Assembly: GCA_032718475.1 (NCBI GenBank)
Contig: JAUCBJ010001376.1
Coordinates: forward strand, 1-64,000
Reading direction: 5' to 3'
Length of the DNA stretch: 64,000 bases
From: Nemertoderma westbladi
Taxonomy: Eukaryota > Animalia > Xenacoelomorpha
The notes beneath the pieces are model-generated. The model had not been told where the DNA came from. It saw only the letters and a program-made list of their open reading frames with translations, and did not search any database. Both the position numbers and the translations under genes were made by a program. This document shows, one piece after another, positions 13,529-25,163 of this stretch (the first letter of the stretch is position 1; each line of letters opens with the position of its first letter).

Positions 13529-13658
13529 GGGGCCATTCTTAAATTACGTAAAGCAAGGGAGGGGGGGGGGGGGGGGGTCCAACATATCGTAAATAATTTG
13601 TGACAGAGGGGGGTCAAAATCGTCCAAAACAGCGGCTACGTAATTTAAGGACGACCCC
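13529..13658. mobile_element. PIF/Harbinger-like MITE (130 bp)
   Basis: TIRs ggggccattcttaaattacgta / tacgtaatttaaggacgacccc; flanked by ttt / tta. Confidence 0.75.
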
Positions 13659-13816
13659 TTACTTTATAATATTCCTAGAAAAGCCAGCTGGCTATAAACG
13701 AAACTGCCTAAACCGTAAATTTAACAAAAGACCTAACTCAGGATTGTACCCAGTACTTTCACATCTCAAGTTGTAGAATTAAATAATTATTAAATATTAA
13801 TTAAATAATAATTTGA

Positions 13817-14042
13817 TCATTTAAATATGATGGCGCCTGAACAAAGCCGATCTTTATGGCGAGGGTGAAGAAGTGTTGCCAGCGCAAACTCTTCGCAATC
13901 CTCGACATCTTCAAAGTGATCCTTGACATCGTATCCCGCAAAGTACCTGTTCAATTGCCGTAATAGTTCATTCCTTAAATGTAACGCGATAGCACTTCCT
14001 CGGCCACTGACAACAATGGATCTAATGGTCGACTTCAAGTAC
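13817..14042 (-). pseudogene. hAT transposase fragment
   Basis: LLRQLNRYF...FALATLLHPRHK resembles the hAT 'ATLLDPRFK' motif; a cag acceptor-like site lies just upstream. Confidence 0.6.
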
Positions 14043-14109
14043 CTGTGAAAAATATCGACGAAAGACTATAAACACAAAGATTATTCGTGAAAATAATGTA
14101 CTGACACGA

Positions 14110-15697
14110 GATTGATAGTATTTAATTACGATTAAGTTGAATAATAATGATATTTTATTAATTCTTAATGTTTATATGCCATATGAATGCCCTGATAATG
14201 ATGACCTTTATAGTAATTGTCTTGGGAGCCTAAAGGCCATTTATGAATCTGTATCTCATTCTCATCTGTTGATTTTCGGTGATTTTAACGCCAACCCAGG
14301 CAGATTATTTTATAATTATCTATCTGAATGGTGCAGTGAGTTTAATCTGTCTATTATTGATACAGTGTTATTGCCAGCCAATACGTGACGCACATTCGTC
14401 AACATCGTGGCTGGATCATGTTGTATGTTCCCAATCTGCTATTCAGCTGATAAAAACATCAATGTGAACTACAATATTAGTGTTAGGGACCATATTCCTA
14501 TCAGTGTGTCTATATGTGGCACAGTTAATGGACAAAGTGCTGCCAAGCAACATAAATCGTGTAATACCCTGGATTGGGAACACGCCACACCTTTGCAAAT
14601 TAATAACTATCACATTAAGGTTCGTCAACTTTTAGAATTTTATCCAATTGATGAGTCATTTATTGTGTGCAATGATACAAACTGTGAAACTCATAAGAAG
14701 TATATAGATGAATTGTATAATAACCTGGTGCATATTTTGCTAACATGTGGTAATGTTACTATTAGTCCACGGAAAACTAAAAGTAACACTGCCCCCCACA
14801 TTCCTGGCTGGAATGATGTTGTAAAAGATAAATACGAGGAGTCCAGAAAATGGCTTAAAACTTGGCGGTCTATTGGATCTCCAAGGGATGGCGAAATTCA
14901 TAGGAAATACCTGTGCAGCAAAGCACAATTTAAACGTTCTCTTCGGGAATGTAAACGTAATGAACAAAAATTTCGAGAGGAAAAACTAGCTAATGCCCTT
15001 ATTAAAGGCACTAGCAGTAATGAATTTTGGTCTGGGGTTCATAAACAAGCGTGCGATTTTGCTCCACTCCCTAGCAGGGTAGGTGATGCAAATGGGCCAG
15101 GAGGGGAAATCTGCGATATGTGGAAATCACATTTTGATGATCTACTAAATAGTGTTAAAGATGACTCCAGTCGAGAGTTTGTACACAGTCGTTTGAAGGA
15201 AACCGTTTTTGGTGCTGATAATATTTTATCTCCTGTTGAAACATTTATGGCGATTAATAATCGTCTCGAGGCAAGGCCGTCGGCCCAGATGGCCTTTATA
15301 AATGAACACTTTATAAATGGCTGTTGTGTTTCTTTGTTAAATATTCTATCTATTATTTTTACTGGTATTTTTGTCCACGGTTACATCCCGATTGGTATGA
15401 TGGAATCTATTATAATTCCGTTAATTAAGGATAAGAATGATGACCACACGTCTAAAGATAATTATAGAGGCATTTCAATTGCTACAGTGCTCAGTAAAAT
15501 TTTAGAAAATGTTATCTTACATAGGTGTCTATCCCTACTTTACACTACCGATAACCAGTTTGGCTTCAAGTCGAAGCTTGGCACTGAAACTTGCGTATAT
15601 GCCCTAAAGAGATTCTCAATTATTATTTAAGTAAGAACACACCCGTTTATGTGTGTATGCTAGACGCCAGCAAAGCTTTTGACAAAGTTAACCACTT
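14110..15697 (+). mobile_element. Proto2-like LINE ORF2 fragment (APE, linker, RT N-terminus)
   Basis: NVYMP, GDFNA, WLDHV, DHIPI, PGWNDVVK, NYRGISI, NQFGFK and LDASKAFDKVNH, then an abrupt break. Confidence 0.85.
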
Positions 15698-15710
15698 TGT
15701 ACCACTGTAG

Positions 15711-16502
15711 TTAACCACTGCATACGAGCCCCATTAGCTGGCCCATCGCCACCGCTCCACAATGGCGCATGTTCTCTACTAGTCCCAACCCGGCTGGCCC
15801 CGTCATAGCCATGTAGACCATTTGTGTGTCCAGGAGGTTGGGGGTCTCCGGACCGATGATCCTCTCCGCATCGTCGCGGATCGCCGATCCCACCTTTATC
15901 GTCGACTTCTCTCTTACTGCGTTCTGCACCGCCGTTGGCAACCAGTTTAACTTCGGCCCGTTCTTCTTCCCATACGTTCCCAGATCAAACAGGAATATGT
16001 CCCCATTTGGCGCGGTCAAATGGAGAAGTATGGTTCTGGCCGACCCCGCCGACCCTCTTCTTGAACCTTCCTCGTCTTCCACGGTCCCCTCATCGTCTAG
16101 GACCATGTATCCTCCCCTGCTGACAGACTCTACGAACCTCTTCCAGTCTTTTTTCGGTGGTTCCCTCGGATACTTCGGTATCCCGAACTTCGCCTCATCT
16201 CCCTTTACCACGTAGTGGAAATGCTGTGGAAATGTAGTGAAGATCGCGTTGTCTAGCGACGACGTCCCGTAGGTCCTGACCAGCCGCCTCTCATGCACCT
16301 CCCTGAAATGGTCCTGTAGCGCTCGCGCTTTATGATCCTTCTCCAACCGCTCGTAGTATCCCCTCGTCTTCTCCTCCGAATGCCTCTCGGTGAAGTCTAC
16401 TAGTATTTCTTTTCCCCCCATCTCCGCCTTTCTCTTTCTAACAAGTTTCTCCGCCACTTTGAATGCTCCCGATCGCTCACCTATAAGGTGGTGCCTTACC
16501 AA
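15711..16502 (-). CDS. DEDDy-type (WRN/RNase D-like) 3'-5' exonuclease, element A extra ORF, 3'-truncated
   Basis: ExoI-like YMVLDDEG, LLHL...IFLFDL, LPTAVQNAV, ExoII-like KVGSAIRDD, LLDTQ. Confidence 0.75.
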   Translation of the reverse strand: MVRHHLIGERSGAFKVAEKLVRKRKAEMGGKEILVDFTERHSEEKTRGYYERLEKDHKARALQDHFREVHERRLVRTYGTSSLDNAIFTTFPQHFHYVVKGDEAKFGIPKYPREPPKKDWKRFVESVSRGGYMVLDDEGTVEDEEGSRRGSAGSARTILLHLTAPNGDIFLFDLGTYGKKNGPKLNWLPTAVQNAVREKSTIKVGSAIRDDAERIIGPETPNLLDTQMVYMAMTGPAGLGLVENMRHCGAVAMGQLMGLVCSG

Positions 16503-16879
16503 GGCTCAATATAAGTGAGTGATGTAGTTAGGATGGTCTGTATGGTTCGATAATGGCCTATCTCTCTCTGAACGCTAGATTTGTGCTAATATTTGCCTAT
16601 TTTATTCCCTAAAGGTACCAAATTTCCTAAATTCCCTAATTTTGTCAGTTACTTTTATTATATTCTAGAATATTTTTATCTACTGTTACTATAATTTGTT
16701 GAATTTTGATTTTTTTTTTATATTAATTTTAATTCCGCAACTGTGCTATTAATATTTATAACGGATTATTTATTTGATAATCCCTATTCTAACCTATTCT
16801 ACGGGCTGTGCAGTACAGTAGTATGTCCCGTGCGGCCTACACGGTCTGTCCTGCTGTACCCATGTGCCCCCCTCTCACT

Positions 16880-17395
16880 ACTCACTACTAACTCTACTAA
16901 CTCTTACTAACACACTAACTAACTCCTACTAACTCTTACTAACACACTAACTAACTCCTACTAACTCTTACTAACACACTAACTAACTCCTACTAACTCT
17001 TACTAACACACTAACTAACTCCTACTAATGGTACTATGTACCCTCTTACTACTAACCAACTCCACTAACTCTTACTAACGGTACTACATACCCTCTTACT
17101 AACTAACTCCACTAACTCTTACTAACGGTACTACGTACCCTCTTACTAACTAACTCCACTAACTCTTACTAATGGTACTACGTACCCTCTTACTAACTAA
17201 CTCTGTAACGGTACTACACGTACCCTCTTACTAACTCTTCTACTAACGGTACTACACGTACCTTCCTACTAACTCTTCTACTAACGGTACTACACGTACC
17301 CTCTTACTAACTCTTCTACTAACGTTACTACGTACCCTCTTACTACTAACTCTCTAACTAACTTATATCTGCCTACTTACTTACTACGTACTTAC
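16880..17395. repeat. ACTAAC-based compound minisatellite in the pol-ORF3 spacer of element A
   Basis: 32-bp units actaactaactcctactaactcttactaacac grading into ggtactac(a)cgtaccctcttactaac units. Confidence 0.9.
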
Positions 17396-17532
17396 TATAT
17401 ACTATTACTTTCCTTTCTCTTACTCTCTTTCTCTATTAATTTTTATTATTTTTATTTTTTTATATTTTGTGTGGGAAGGGCGTCTCGCCCTCAATCCTAC
17501 CCCCCTCAGTCCAACACTTGGACGAATAAACT

Positions 17533-18837
17533 CTATGGTGCCCCTTCTAGCAGGCAACATTTACCTACAGCCCTCCTGTAGGTCTTCCTGTCTTTCTTTC
17601 CTATCTTACCCCCTATCCGCACTTCCACCGATCGGACACTTCCATCCTCGTCGGAGTAAGTGTCCACTACTCTTGCTAGCCTCCACTGATTGTTGATGAT
17701 GGTGTCGTGCGTGATGATCACCAAATCACCCTTCTTTAACTCTCTAGTGGTATTTCTCCACTTGCTCCTCCTATGTAGTGTAGGTAGGTATTCCTCGACC
17801 CGCCTCCTCCAGTACTCTGCGCTTATCACCTTCTGAGTCTCCTCCCTCTTCCTCTAGTGCTACTTCCTCTGAGCCCGGGTCCACCTTGTTCATTGGTGGC
17901 CAGGCCGTCCTATCGTTCAGGAACTGTGGCCCATGCTGCCACAATACTTCCTTCTTTAAGAAAGTGTGGCATGCCACACCCCTCGATAACAAGTCCGCTG
18001 GGTTCTCGTCCGTTGGGCAGTAGTGCCACATTTCCAAATCTGTCGTCGCTCTTATTTCGTCCACCCTATTTGTGACGAATATAGGGTATCTCGTCTTCTC
18101 ATTGTGCAGCCAACCAAGCACTACCATGGAGTCTGTCCAGTAGTGTGTTTCCACTATGTTGGGAATAGTGTCCATCAAGTAGGCTGTGGCCCTTATTCCT
18201 AATCTTGCAGCTGTCAACTCGAGTTTCGGGACCGATGCTGAATCTGGCTGCGTCGACTTTGCTTTGCTGAATGCAAGTCTGGGCTTATGAGCCCCCTCTC
18301 GTTGTACTAGGTAGAGTGCCGCTCCGTATGCTTCCAATGACGCATTGGAGAACATGTGTAGATCCAGATCCGTCATGTCCCCATCCGGGAAATACACGCA
18401 TGGCATGCTGTACATCCCCATCTGTTCTAAACTCTCCGTCCACTTACTCCACTGCTTGCTGATTTCTTCCGGGACCTCTGTATCCCACTCGTCCTTTAGC
18501 TTATATACTTTCTTAAGTATCTGTTTCCCTGTAACTAATAGTGGGGATGCTAGGCCTAGGGGATCGTATATCCTTGCTATGTACGATACATAGCGATACG
18601 GATGTCCGCGCCCTCCTGGCTCAGCTGATACTTGAACTCGTCTGTCTCCCGGTTCCACACGATCCCTAGTGCCTTCTGCTGGGACTCTACTCTATGGTCG
18701 ACTCTGGCCTCCTGTCCTCTATGGCTTTCATAAACTCTTCTGAGCTTCGGAGCCTCGCGGATCGTTTCGTTGGTATCGTCCGGGGTCCGCGGCGGTGTCC
18801 TTTCTCCCTCCGACAATCTTGGTTGTCCTGTGCTCAT
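17533..18837 (-). pseudogene. Deleted Bel/Pao gag-pol of element A
   Basis: Gag start fused to KALGIVWN (end of RT region); RNase H; integrase tail YWRRRVEEYLPTL...WRLARV...DGSVRSV...CCLLEG. RT and integrase cores are absent. Confidence 0.85.
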
Positions 18838-18933
18838 CTTTACCTTTTGTGGTGGCTGGCAGTCACAGTTTGGCAGTTGTCCCTAGAATTTCGTACTCTG
18901 CAGTCACAGCTTACAGTGTTGGGAATTGCGTAC

Positions 18934-19503
18934 TGTGACGGGATCAGGGGATCCCGACCGGTTTATTAGGTCACGCATTACCGTGTAATTGAGAAGAAGA
19001 TGGTTCGTCGTTATCGTTCTGATATTGTTATAGGTTAATGAGTAAAATATGATAGAACAGTTGACAGAATGTATGCAATATGATATAAATGTTGTACCGG
19101 TAGTGACGGTGACGGTACGAAATATCACCGGTCTGCACTGAATGACTGAGTAAACTAAACTGGTCAGTACTGTATGCAATATGATATATGATTGTCACTC
19201 CTACATTACTTTGGCCTCTCAATCTAGCGGATGCTTCCTTCGCCCTTATTGGCTAATAGTCTAATTCTCGGCTCTCACCTCTGTGGGAGTGCCCCCCCCC
19301 CCCCTCCTCGCTGCTGTTACTTTCCCTCTCGAGGTGGTTTGACCTCTAACCTCCCTTTGTGTGGCCTTCGGGGCTGTGTGTTGTCCCCATTATTGGGTGT
19401 GATACGAGATTAGTTGTGATTAATCTCGTATCTCCAATATTGCTGAAAAAGCGCCACTTCCCAACTTTATGGGGATAGTGAGGCGGAATTGAATCCGCTC
19501 ACA
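18934..19503 (-). repeat. 5' LTR of element A (570 bp)
   Basis: Sense strand starts TGTGAGCGGATTCAATTCC and ends GATCCCGTCACA, matching the termini of the C and E LTRs. Confidence 0.85.
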
Positions 19504-19595
19504 CATAATAAGCTACGAGTAGCTTACAATAATTGTGCTAGATTTCTATTAAAAATACCCTGTCTAACTGATGGAGAATCCACTAGTATTTATCT
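19504..19595 (+). pseudogene. Continuation of the Proto2-like LINE (RT C-terminus)
   Basis: HNKLRVAYNNCARFLLKIPCLTDG is homologous to the 1866-2231 peptide; it starts right at the LTR-A boundary. Confidence 0.75.
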
Positions 19596-22500
19596 GACAG
19601 CAGTCTTCAGAAAACACCCTGACAGCACTCTTCAGAAAACAGCAGCAGCTGTAGGCCTGCCAACAATAAGACCAAGATAGATACCGGTACTAGGCCTATA
19701 CAGTTTTTATCTTTTGAGTCAGACTACAGCCAGACAGCACAATTTCACCGCTCTTAATCTCCACAGTTGTCATCGTTCTGGGCCGTTTCTTTGTGACAGA
19801 ACCATAATGGTTCTGAGACGGGGGAACCGCGGGGTAACCCTGCAACCCACCCAATACCCGTATTGGACTGGTTTGCCGAACACCCTGTCGCTACCGTTTC
19901 GAACTGCCGCGCCGAATCGACGGAGATGTGGTCGACGAGTGGATTTAGCCTCTACTGCTCTTGTTGGAGAAGAAGATCTTGGGTCTCCTCTCCACGAACT
20001 AGAGGCCTAATCGCCAAACTCTGTCTTCTGTCTCTGGCTGGGGATATTGAGACCAACCCAGGACCCAGCAGGATGCGGGCCCCGAAGATCAACTGTCCCG
20101 TCTGTCAACGAGGAACAAACTCTCAGAGTAAGATCATCCAGTGCGAGAGTTGTGACATATTTGTACATTTAAAATGTTACTGTAGGAAAAGCAGTAATTT
20201 ATGCTCCACCAGAAACAATCTTGTGCCAAGTTTTCTCTGCAAAAGCTGTATTTTTACCGAACTTCCCTTTCATGATACTATTTTAGAATCAGAAACCGAC
20301 GATTCATTCCTCACATCGCCTCTGCAAACTCCAAGTGATGCTGAGAGTGAAACTTTTAAATTTTTTAAGAAAAAAGGTCTGCATTTTTTGCATTTAAATG
20401 CACGATATCTCTGCTTCCCAAACTTTCCGAAATTCGTATTTTAATCAATAAATCCAACCCAGCAGTTTTAACAATCTCTGAAACTTGGCTCGATGATAGC
20501 GTTTCTGAGGGAGAAATTTTATATTGATAATTACGTAGTTTTACGTAAGGATAGGGACAGACACGGTGGTGGTGACTGTACTTACATTCGATGTGATTTA
20601 GCTTTTAATCGTAGGGAAGATTTAGAGACTTGTGACGAAGTTTTACTGGTGGAACTTTTACTTCCTAAAACTAAACCTATTTTAATTGGTACTTTATATC
20701 GGCCCCCTAAACAAATAGATTTTTTGCAAAATTTTGAAAATACAATTTTATGTAATCTTAGGTCAGACTGTGAAATATATTTCTTAGGTTATTTTAATAT
20801 CTGTTACCATCACAAAGCATCCCCCATCTGTAAACAGTACCAAAGTATTTTAAATTTGTTTGGTTTAAAACAAATTTTTCGAGATTCTACCAGAATTACC
20901 AGTAAAACTTATACTTTACTAGATCATAATCCTTTGTAATAATACTGATATTATTTCTCAATCTGGGGTTTTACCTATAGGTCTAAGCGATCATTTTATA
21001 GTTTTTTGCACAAGAAAGACACAAAAATCTTTTTTCGGGGATCATAAAACAGTAACTGTTAGGTCTATGAAAAATTACAGCAAGGATCGCTTTTTAAGTT
21101 TGTTAGTTAATTCTGACTGGGAACCCTGTTTTAAGGCCGCTGACATTAACCTTGCATACACTGATTTTAAAGATATTTTTAAAGGCACTTAATACTGTAG
21201 CACCAATTAAAGAAATTAGTCTTAAACAACGCACTGAGCCCTGGATGACCTCGGGTATTCTTAGTAATATCAGAGAAAGAGATAACTATTTGTATAAATT
21301 TAGGAAATACCGTGTTTTAGCTGCTTATAATAATTACTGCAAATATAGAAACCTTGTCCAACGGGAAATAAAAAAAGCTAAATCTGAATATTTGTACGAC
21401 AAAATAAGTGAGAATAAAGATAATCCTTAAAGTCTATGGTCTACCCTAAAATCTTTAGGTTATAAAAACCTTAAATCTAAATCGAATATTGTTCTGCAAG
21501 ATAATGGTGAGCTGATTCATGATCATACTCTAGTTAGTAATTTATTTAATAATTATTTTACTAATGTGGCCTCTAATTTAGTTAAGAAGTTACCGTTATC
21601 AAGTAATAAATATAGTATAGGGTCCGAAACTCTAAATAATTTTTATTTAGAAAAGTTACAAAATTCAGAAAAGTTATTTTTAAAACCCGTTTCTGAGGAT
21701 TTCGTTTTTCAAAATATACTTAGCCTATCAGCCTCAAAAACTACCGGTCTAGACCTAATACCTGCCCGTTTTCTTAAGGATGGTATTGAAGTACTTAAAG
21801 TGCCTATTACTTTTATTATTAATTACTCTATCGTAGATAATGTAGTACCAGACGAACTGAAATTAGCTAAGGTTGTTCCTCTGTATAAAAAGAATAGTAA
21901 AGTAGAAACCTGTAATTACAGACCTGTTGGTATCTTAAGTATTGTATCTAAAATTCTAGAACGTTCTGTTTTTCTACAGCTGGAAGCACATCTTAGTAGG
22001 CTAAATCTGATCTATGAACTTCAGTCTGGTTTTCGTAAATCATATTCTACAGACACCTGTCTTATTAACTTAACTGATACAATTAGATGTAATAACGCAA
22101 TGGGTTTATATACTGGTATGGTAATGTTGGACCTACAAAAGGCTTTCGATACAGTAGATCACGAAATTCTGCTTGGTAAGTTAGGCCTGATGGGTGTAGG
22201 TTCTATAGACTGGTTCAAGTCCTACCTGTCAGACAGAGGTCAAACTGTAGTCATTAGCAAATCGCAGTCTACTATACAAGAGATTACCTGTGGTGTACCG
22301 CAAGGTAGTATATTAGGTCCTCTGCTTTTTGAATGCTATGTAAATGATATGATAAGTAGTATAGATCCCGATTTTAAACTCATTTTATATACCGACGACA
22401 GTGCTCTTATTTTCTCTCATAAAGATCCTATCCATATTTCCCAAAAGTTAAGTGCAGTTCTAGAATCCTGTAATGAGTGGTTGGTTGATAATATGCTATC

Positions 22501-23603
22501 ATTTCACTACGGTAAGACTGAAAGTATTTTGTTTGGTTCCAAAAGAAAGTTAAAGAAGGTAACTAAGTTTGAAGTCACTAGTAATGGACATAAGATTGAA
22601 AATAAAAAGGAAGTTAAATATTTAGGCGCCACATTGGATAACTGCTTATCAGGAGAAAGCACAGTGAAAAATATTTTCTCGAAAGTTAACAGTAGGCTTA
22701 GGTTTCTATACAAAATTAAAAATAGTTTTCAACACCGACTCCCGCAAGTTACTTTGCTCTTCTTTAATACAGTGCCATATGGACTATGCATGCTCTTCTT
22801 GGTATGAAGGCTTAACCAAACAGCTTAAATGTAAATTACAAGTAGCTCAGAATAAAGTAGTACGATTTATTAAAGACTACAAACCTAGACACCACCTAAC
22901 TCCAGAAGACTTTTCTGAATCTGGACTACTTAACTTAGATAGTAGAGTTAAGCAGCTACGCCTTAACCATGTGCATAAAGTGTATAATGGTAAATGTCGT
23001 AATTACCTAAAACAAAAATTCAACAGAGTACGCGATACACACTCTTTCAGTACCAGAGCTAGTGCTTCAAACTTCTACCTCCCGAATTGTAAATCCTTTG
23101 AATCTGATACTTTCTTTTTTAACAGCATTAAAATTTGGAACGCTCTGTCTAATGAAATTAAAAATCTAGATAATCAACATTCTTTTAAATCTGCAGTTAA
23201 ATCTCACCTCCGTGTGCAATGTAAAATGTACAATAGTACAACGTACAATAGTCCTACAGTAAGTTATTAGTTTATTAATTATTTACTATTTATACTGTAA
23301 TTACGTTTTATAATAAATTGTTCTGTACATTACATCTTTATCGTTGAGTCGGACATTGTCACGCTCTCGGTAAAGTTGTACATGTACATAATGTAATTAC
23401 GTTTTATATTGGTTTTAGGTTAGCGTAGTGTAATATTGTATTTGTAACCAAGTAACATAAAGGACCCCCTTGGAAATAAGCTGCAAAGCTTTAGGGGTAA
23501 TCCTATATGTTATGTTGGACAATACCTTTATACCGATACATTGTTCGGTGTATTTGTTATTGTTTTTACATAATGTATAAATAAATCTATCTATCTATCT
23601 ATC
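19596..23603 (+). mobile_element. Near-complete CR1/L2-group (Crack/Daphne-like) LINE: 2A, PHD, APE, RT; decayed
   Basis: LLSLAGDIETNPGP; PHD CPVC...CESC...HLKC...CKSC; HLNAR, SETWL, YRPP, LDH, SDH; [36 protein letters not shown]; 3' AATAAA(TCTA)n tail at ~23579-23603. Confidence 0.92.
20001..20066 (+). other. 2A 'StopGo' ribosome-skipping motif
   Basis: RGLIAKLCLLSLAGDIETNPG|P matches the consensus D(V/I)ExNPGP. Confidence 0.88.
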
Positions 23604-23746
23604 GATAATTAAAGCCTACAATATACATCAGAGTGACGATGATGTATATATTTATAGTTTGTCGCTCCTTGATGTTATGTGGCATCACCGGCTGGCTCCT
23701 GGGTCTCTCGGGCTCGCTCCTCTCTTTTGTCCCCTTCCCAGATACA

Positions 23747-24898
23747 CTAGTCTGCCTCTGGTAGATTCCAACGATGGCGTACTCGAGGCTTCGCTTCCTG
23801 GGACGATGAGGACAACCCCTGAGCGCTAACTAGTTCCCGACTGATGCTCCTTCCTCGGCCTCGCCCCATTTGCCGCGTCGCAGCGGGCGCCTCCGCCAAC
23901 TCCTCCTTCTGTAATTGTACGTGCGACCTTTCGGACATCCCCTGCGCTTTGCGTTGCAGCTGCTGAGCATCGATGATTTCATGGTATTGAGCGTCTTTCG
24001 CTTGATGCTTACTGAGGACCACTCCATCAGCTCCTTGCCATGAGCTAGGAGCTCCAGCTGTCGTTGCGGTGGGCGCATCAGCCCGCTGCTCCGCTATCCG
24101 TTCAGCGGTCAATGACCCTAGATGAATGTGGATCAACAGGAATTCGTTCCTGTATTGGATGGCCGATACCCTCCAATCGCCCCACGCGCGCACCAACTTC
24201 CTTGTCTCCGAGAATATTCCATTAGTAATTCTATTGCAAATAGCGATAAAGTTCCAGGTATATTTATTGTCCATATTAAGCTGTCTGAAGTATGACCTGA
24301 TCACCATAACTCTGGTGTTCCGTGGAAAGTCTTGAGCAGTTAACATTAATTCTTGATACTGGGGTAGCGATTGTAGGTAGGGCTTGTACGCCACATGTGA
24401 AGGATCCACTGCCCAGAATCCGTAGCCCGCCTTAAACGGCAGCCACCTCATCTGGGCCTGAATATGGTAATCCGCCATATCTTCCCACTTATCTAACATC
24501 TCTCGAAGTAAGTTAGCGCTATGGTTCTGAAAGGCATCGTCATGCAGCTGACACTTCGAACTGCGGTGTACCTTCACCCCACAATATCCGCACTGAGAAA
24601 TGAAGACGGTACATATATAGAATGAATGGTCAGTCTCATTGCACCAACGGCAAACCTTGTGCGCTGCTTCGACCACAGCATCACACGTCTTCTGACTGTG
24701 TCTTGTGCTACCGCACAACTTATATCTACGCACTTGCGGGAACCAAGCCCTCTCATATATGAGGTCTCCAATCGGTTTCGTGCTTCCTTCCTTCCCAATA
24801 TCTAGAACAATGTCATCTTCTCTGGTTAAGGGTTGCTGATCTGGAACAAAGTAAACATCTTCGCCTTTGTTTTCGATCTCTAATATTTCCTCTCGCAT
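23747..24898 (-). CDS. Element B ORF3 C-terminal part: triple Zn-knuckle module
   Basis: CGSTRHSQKTC, CRWCNETDHSFYIC, CGYCGVKVHRSSKC, then WEDMADYH...AGYGF. Confidence 0.75.
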   Translation of the reverse strand: MREEILEIENKGEDVYFVPDQQPLTREDDIVLDIGKEGSTKPIGDLIYERAWFPQVRRYKLCGSTRHSQKTCDAVVEAAHKVCRWCNETDHSFYICTVFISQCGYCGVKVHRSSKCQLHDDAFQNHSANLLREMLDKWEDMADYHIQAQMRWLPFKAGYGFWAVDPSHVAYKPYLQSLPQYQELMLTAQDFPRNTRVMVIRSYFRQLNMDNKYTWNFIAICNRITNGIFSETRKLVRAWGDWRVSAIQYRNEFLLIHIHLGSLTAERIAEQRADAPTATTAGAPSSWQGADGVVLSKHQAKDAQYHEIIDAQQLQRKAQGMSERSHVQLQKEELAEAPAATRQMGRGRGRSISRELVSAQGLSSSSQEAKPRVRHRWNLPEAD

Positions 24899-25163
24899 CC
24901 GTTTAGGATATCACTTCTCCACCGGAAGATCCATTCCGAACACCTTTACTAACGTCTCAGGCCAACCCTCTCCCTTCCTCTCTCTAACGGGTCTGTCTGC
25001 ATCCAAGTGGAGTACCAAACCCGCGGGTTAGGTTCCCGAACCACTTCTCCAATACCTCTGCCATCGGATACTCCATGGAAGTTCGATCTCCCAAGTCTTC
25101 AATGTTCTGTCGGTATACTCCTTCGAATATCGCCTATCCCCTTCTGACCATCGATGTATTATC

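Larger units (their letters stand above)
15700..19503 (-). mobile_element. Bel/Pao LTR retrotransposon A (internally deleted, 3' end lost) with an extra exonuclease ORF
   Basis: 5' LTR 18934-19503; gag N-terminus at 18837; Pao RNase H region 17771-18658 (YDPLGL, LHMFSNAS, PKLELTAA, WTDS, NPADLLSRG); integrase C-terminus 17533-17829; extra ORF 15711-16502. Confidence 0.9.

Noticed and set aside
15711-16502. Host WRN/EXD gene or processed pseudogene
   Set aside because: Intronless and in the same position and orientation behind integrase in three separate elements, so more parsimoniously element-borne.
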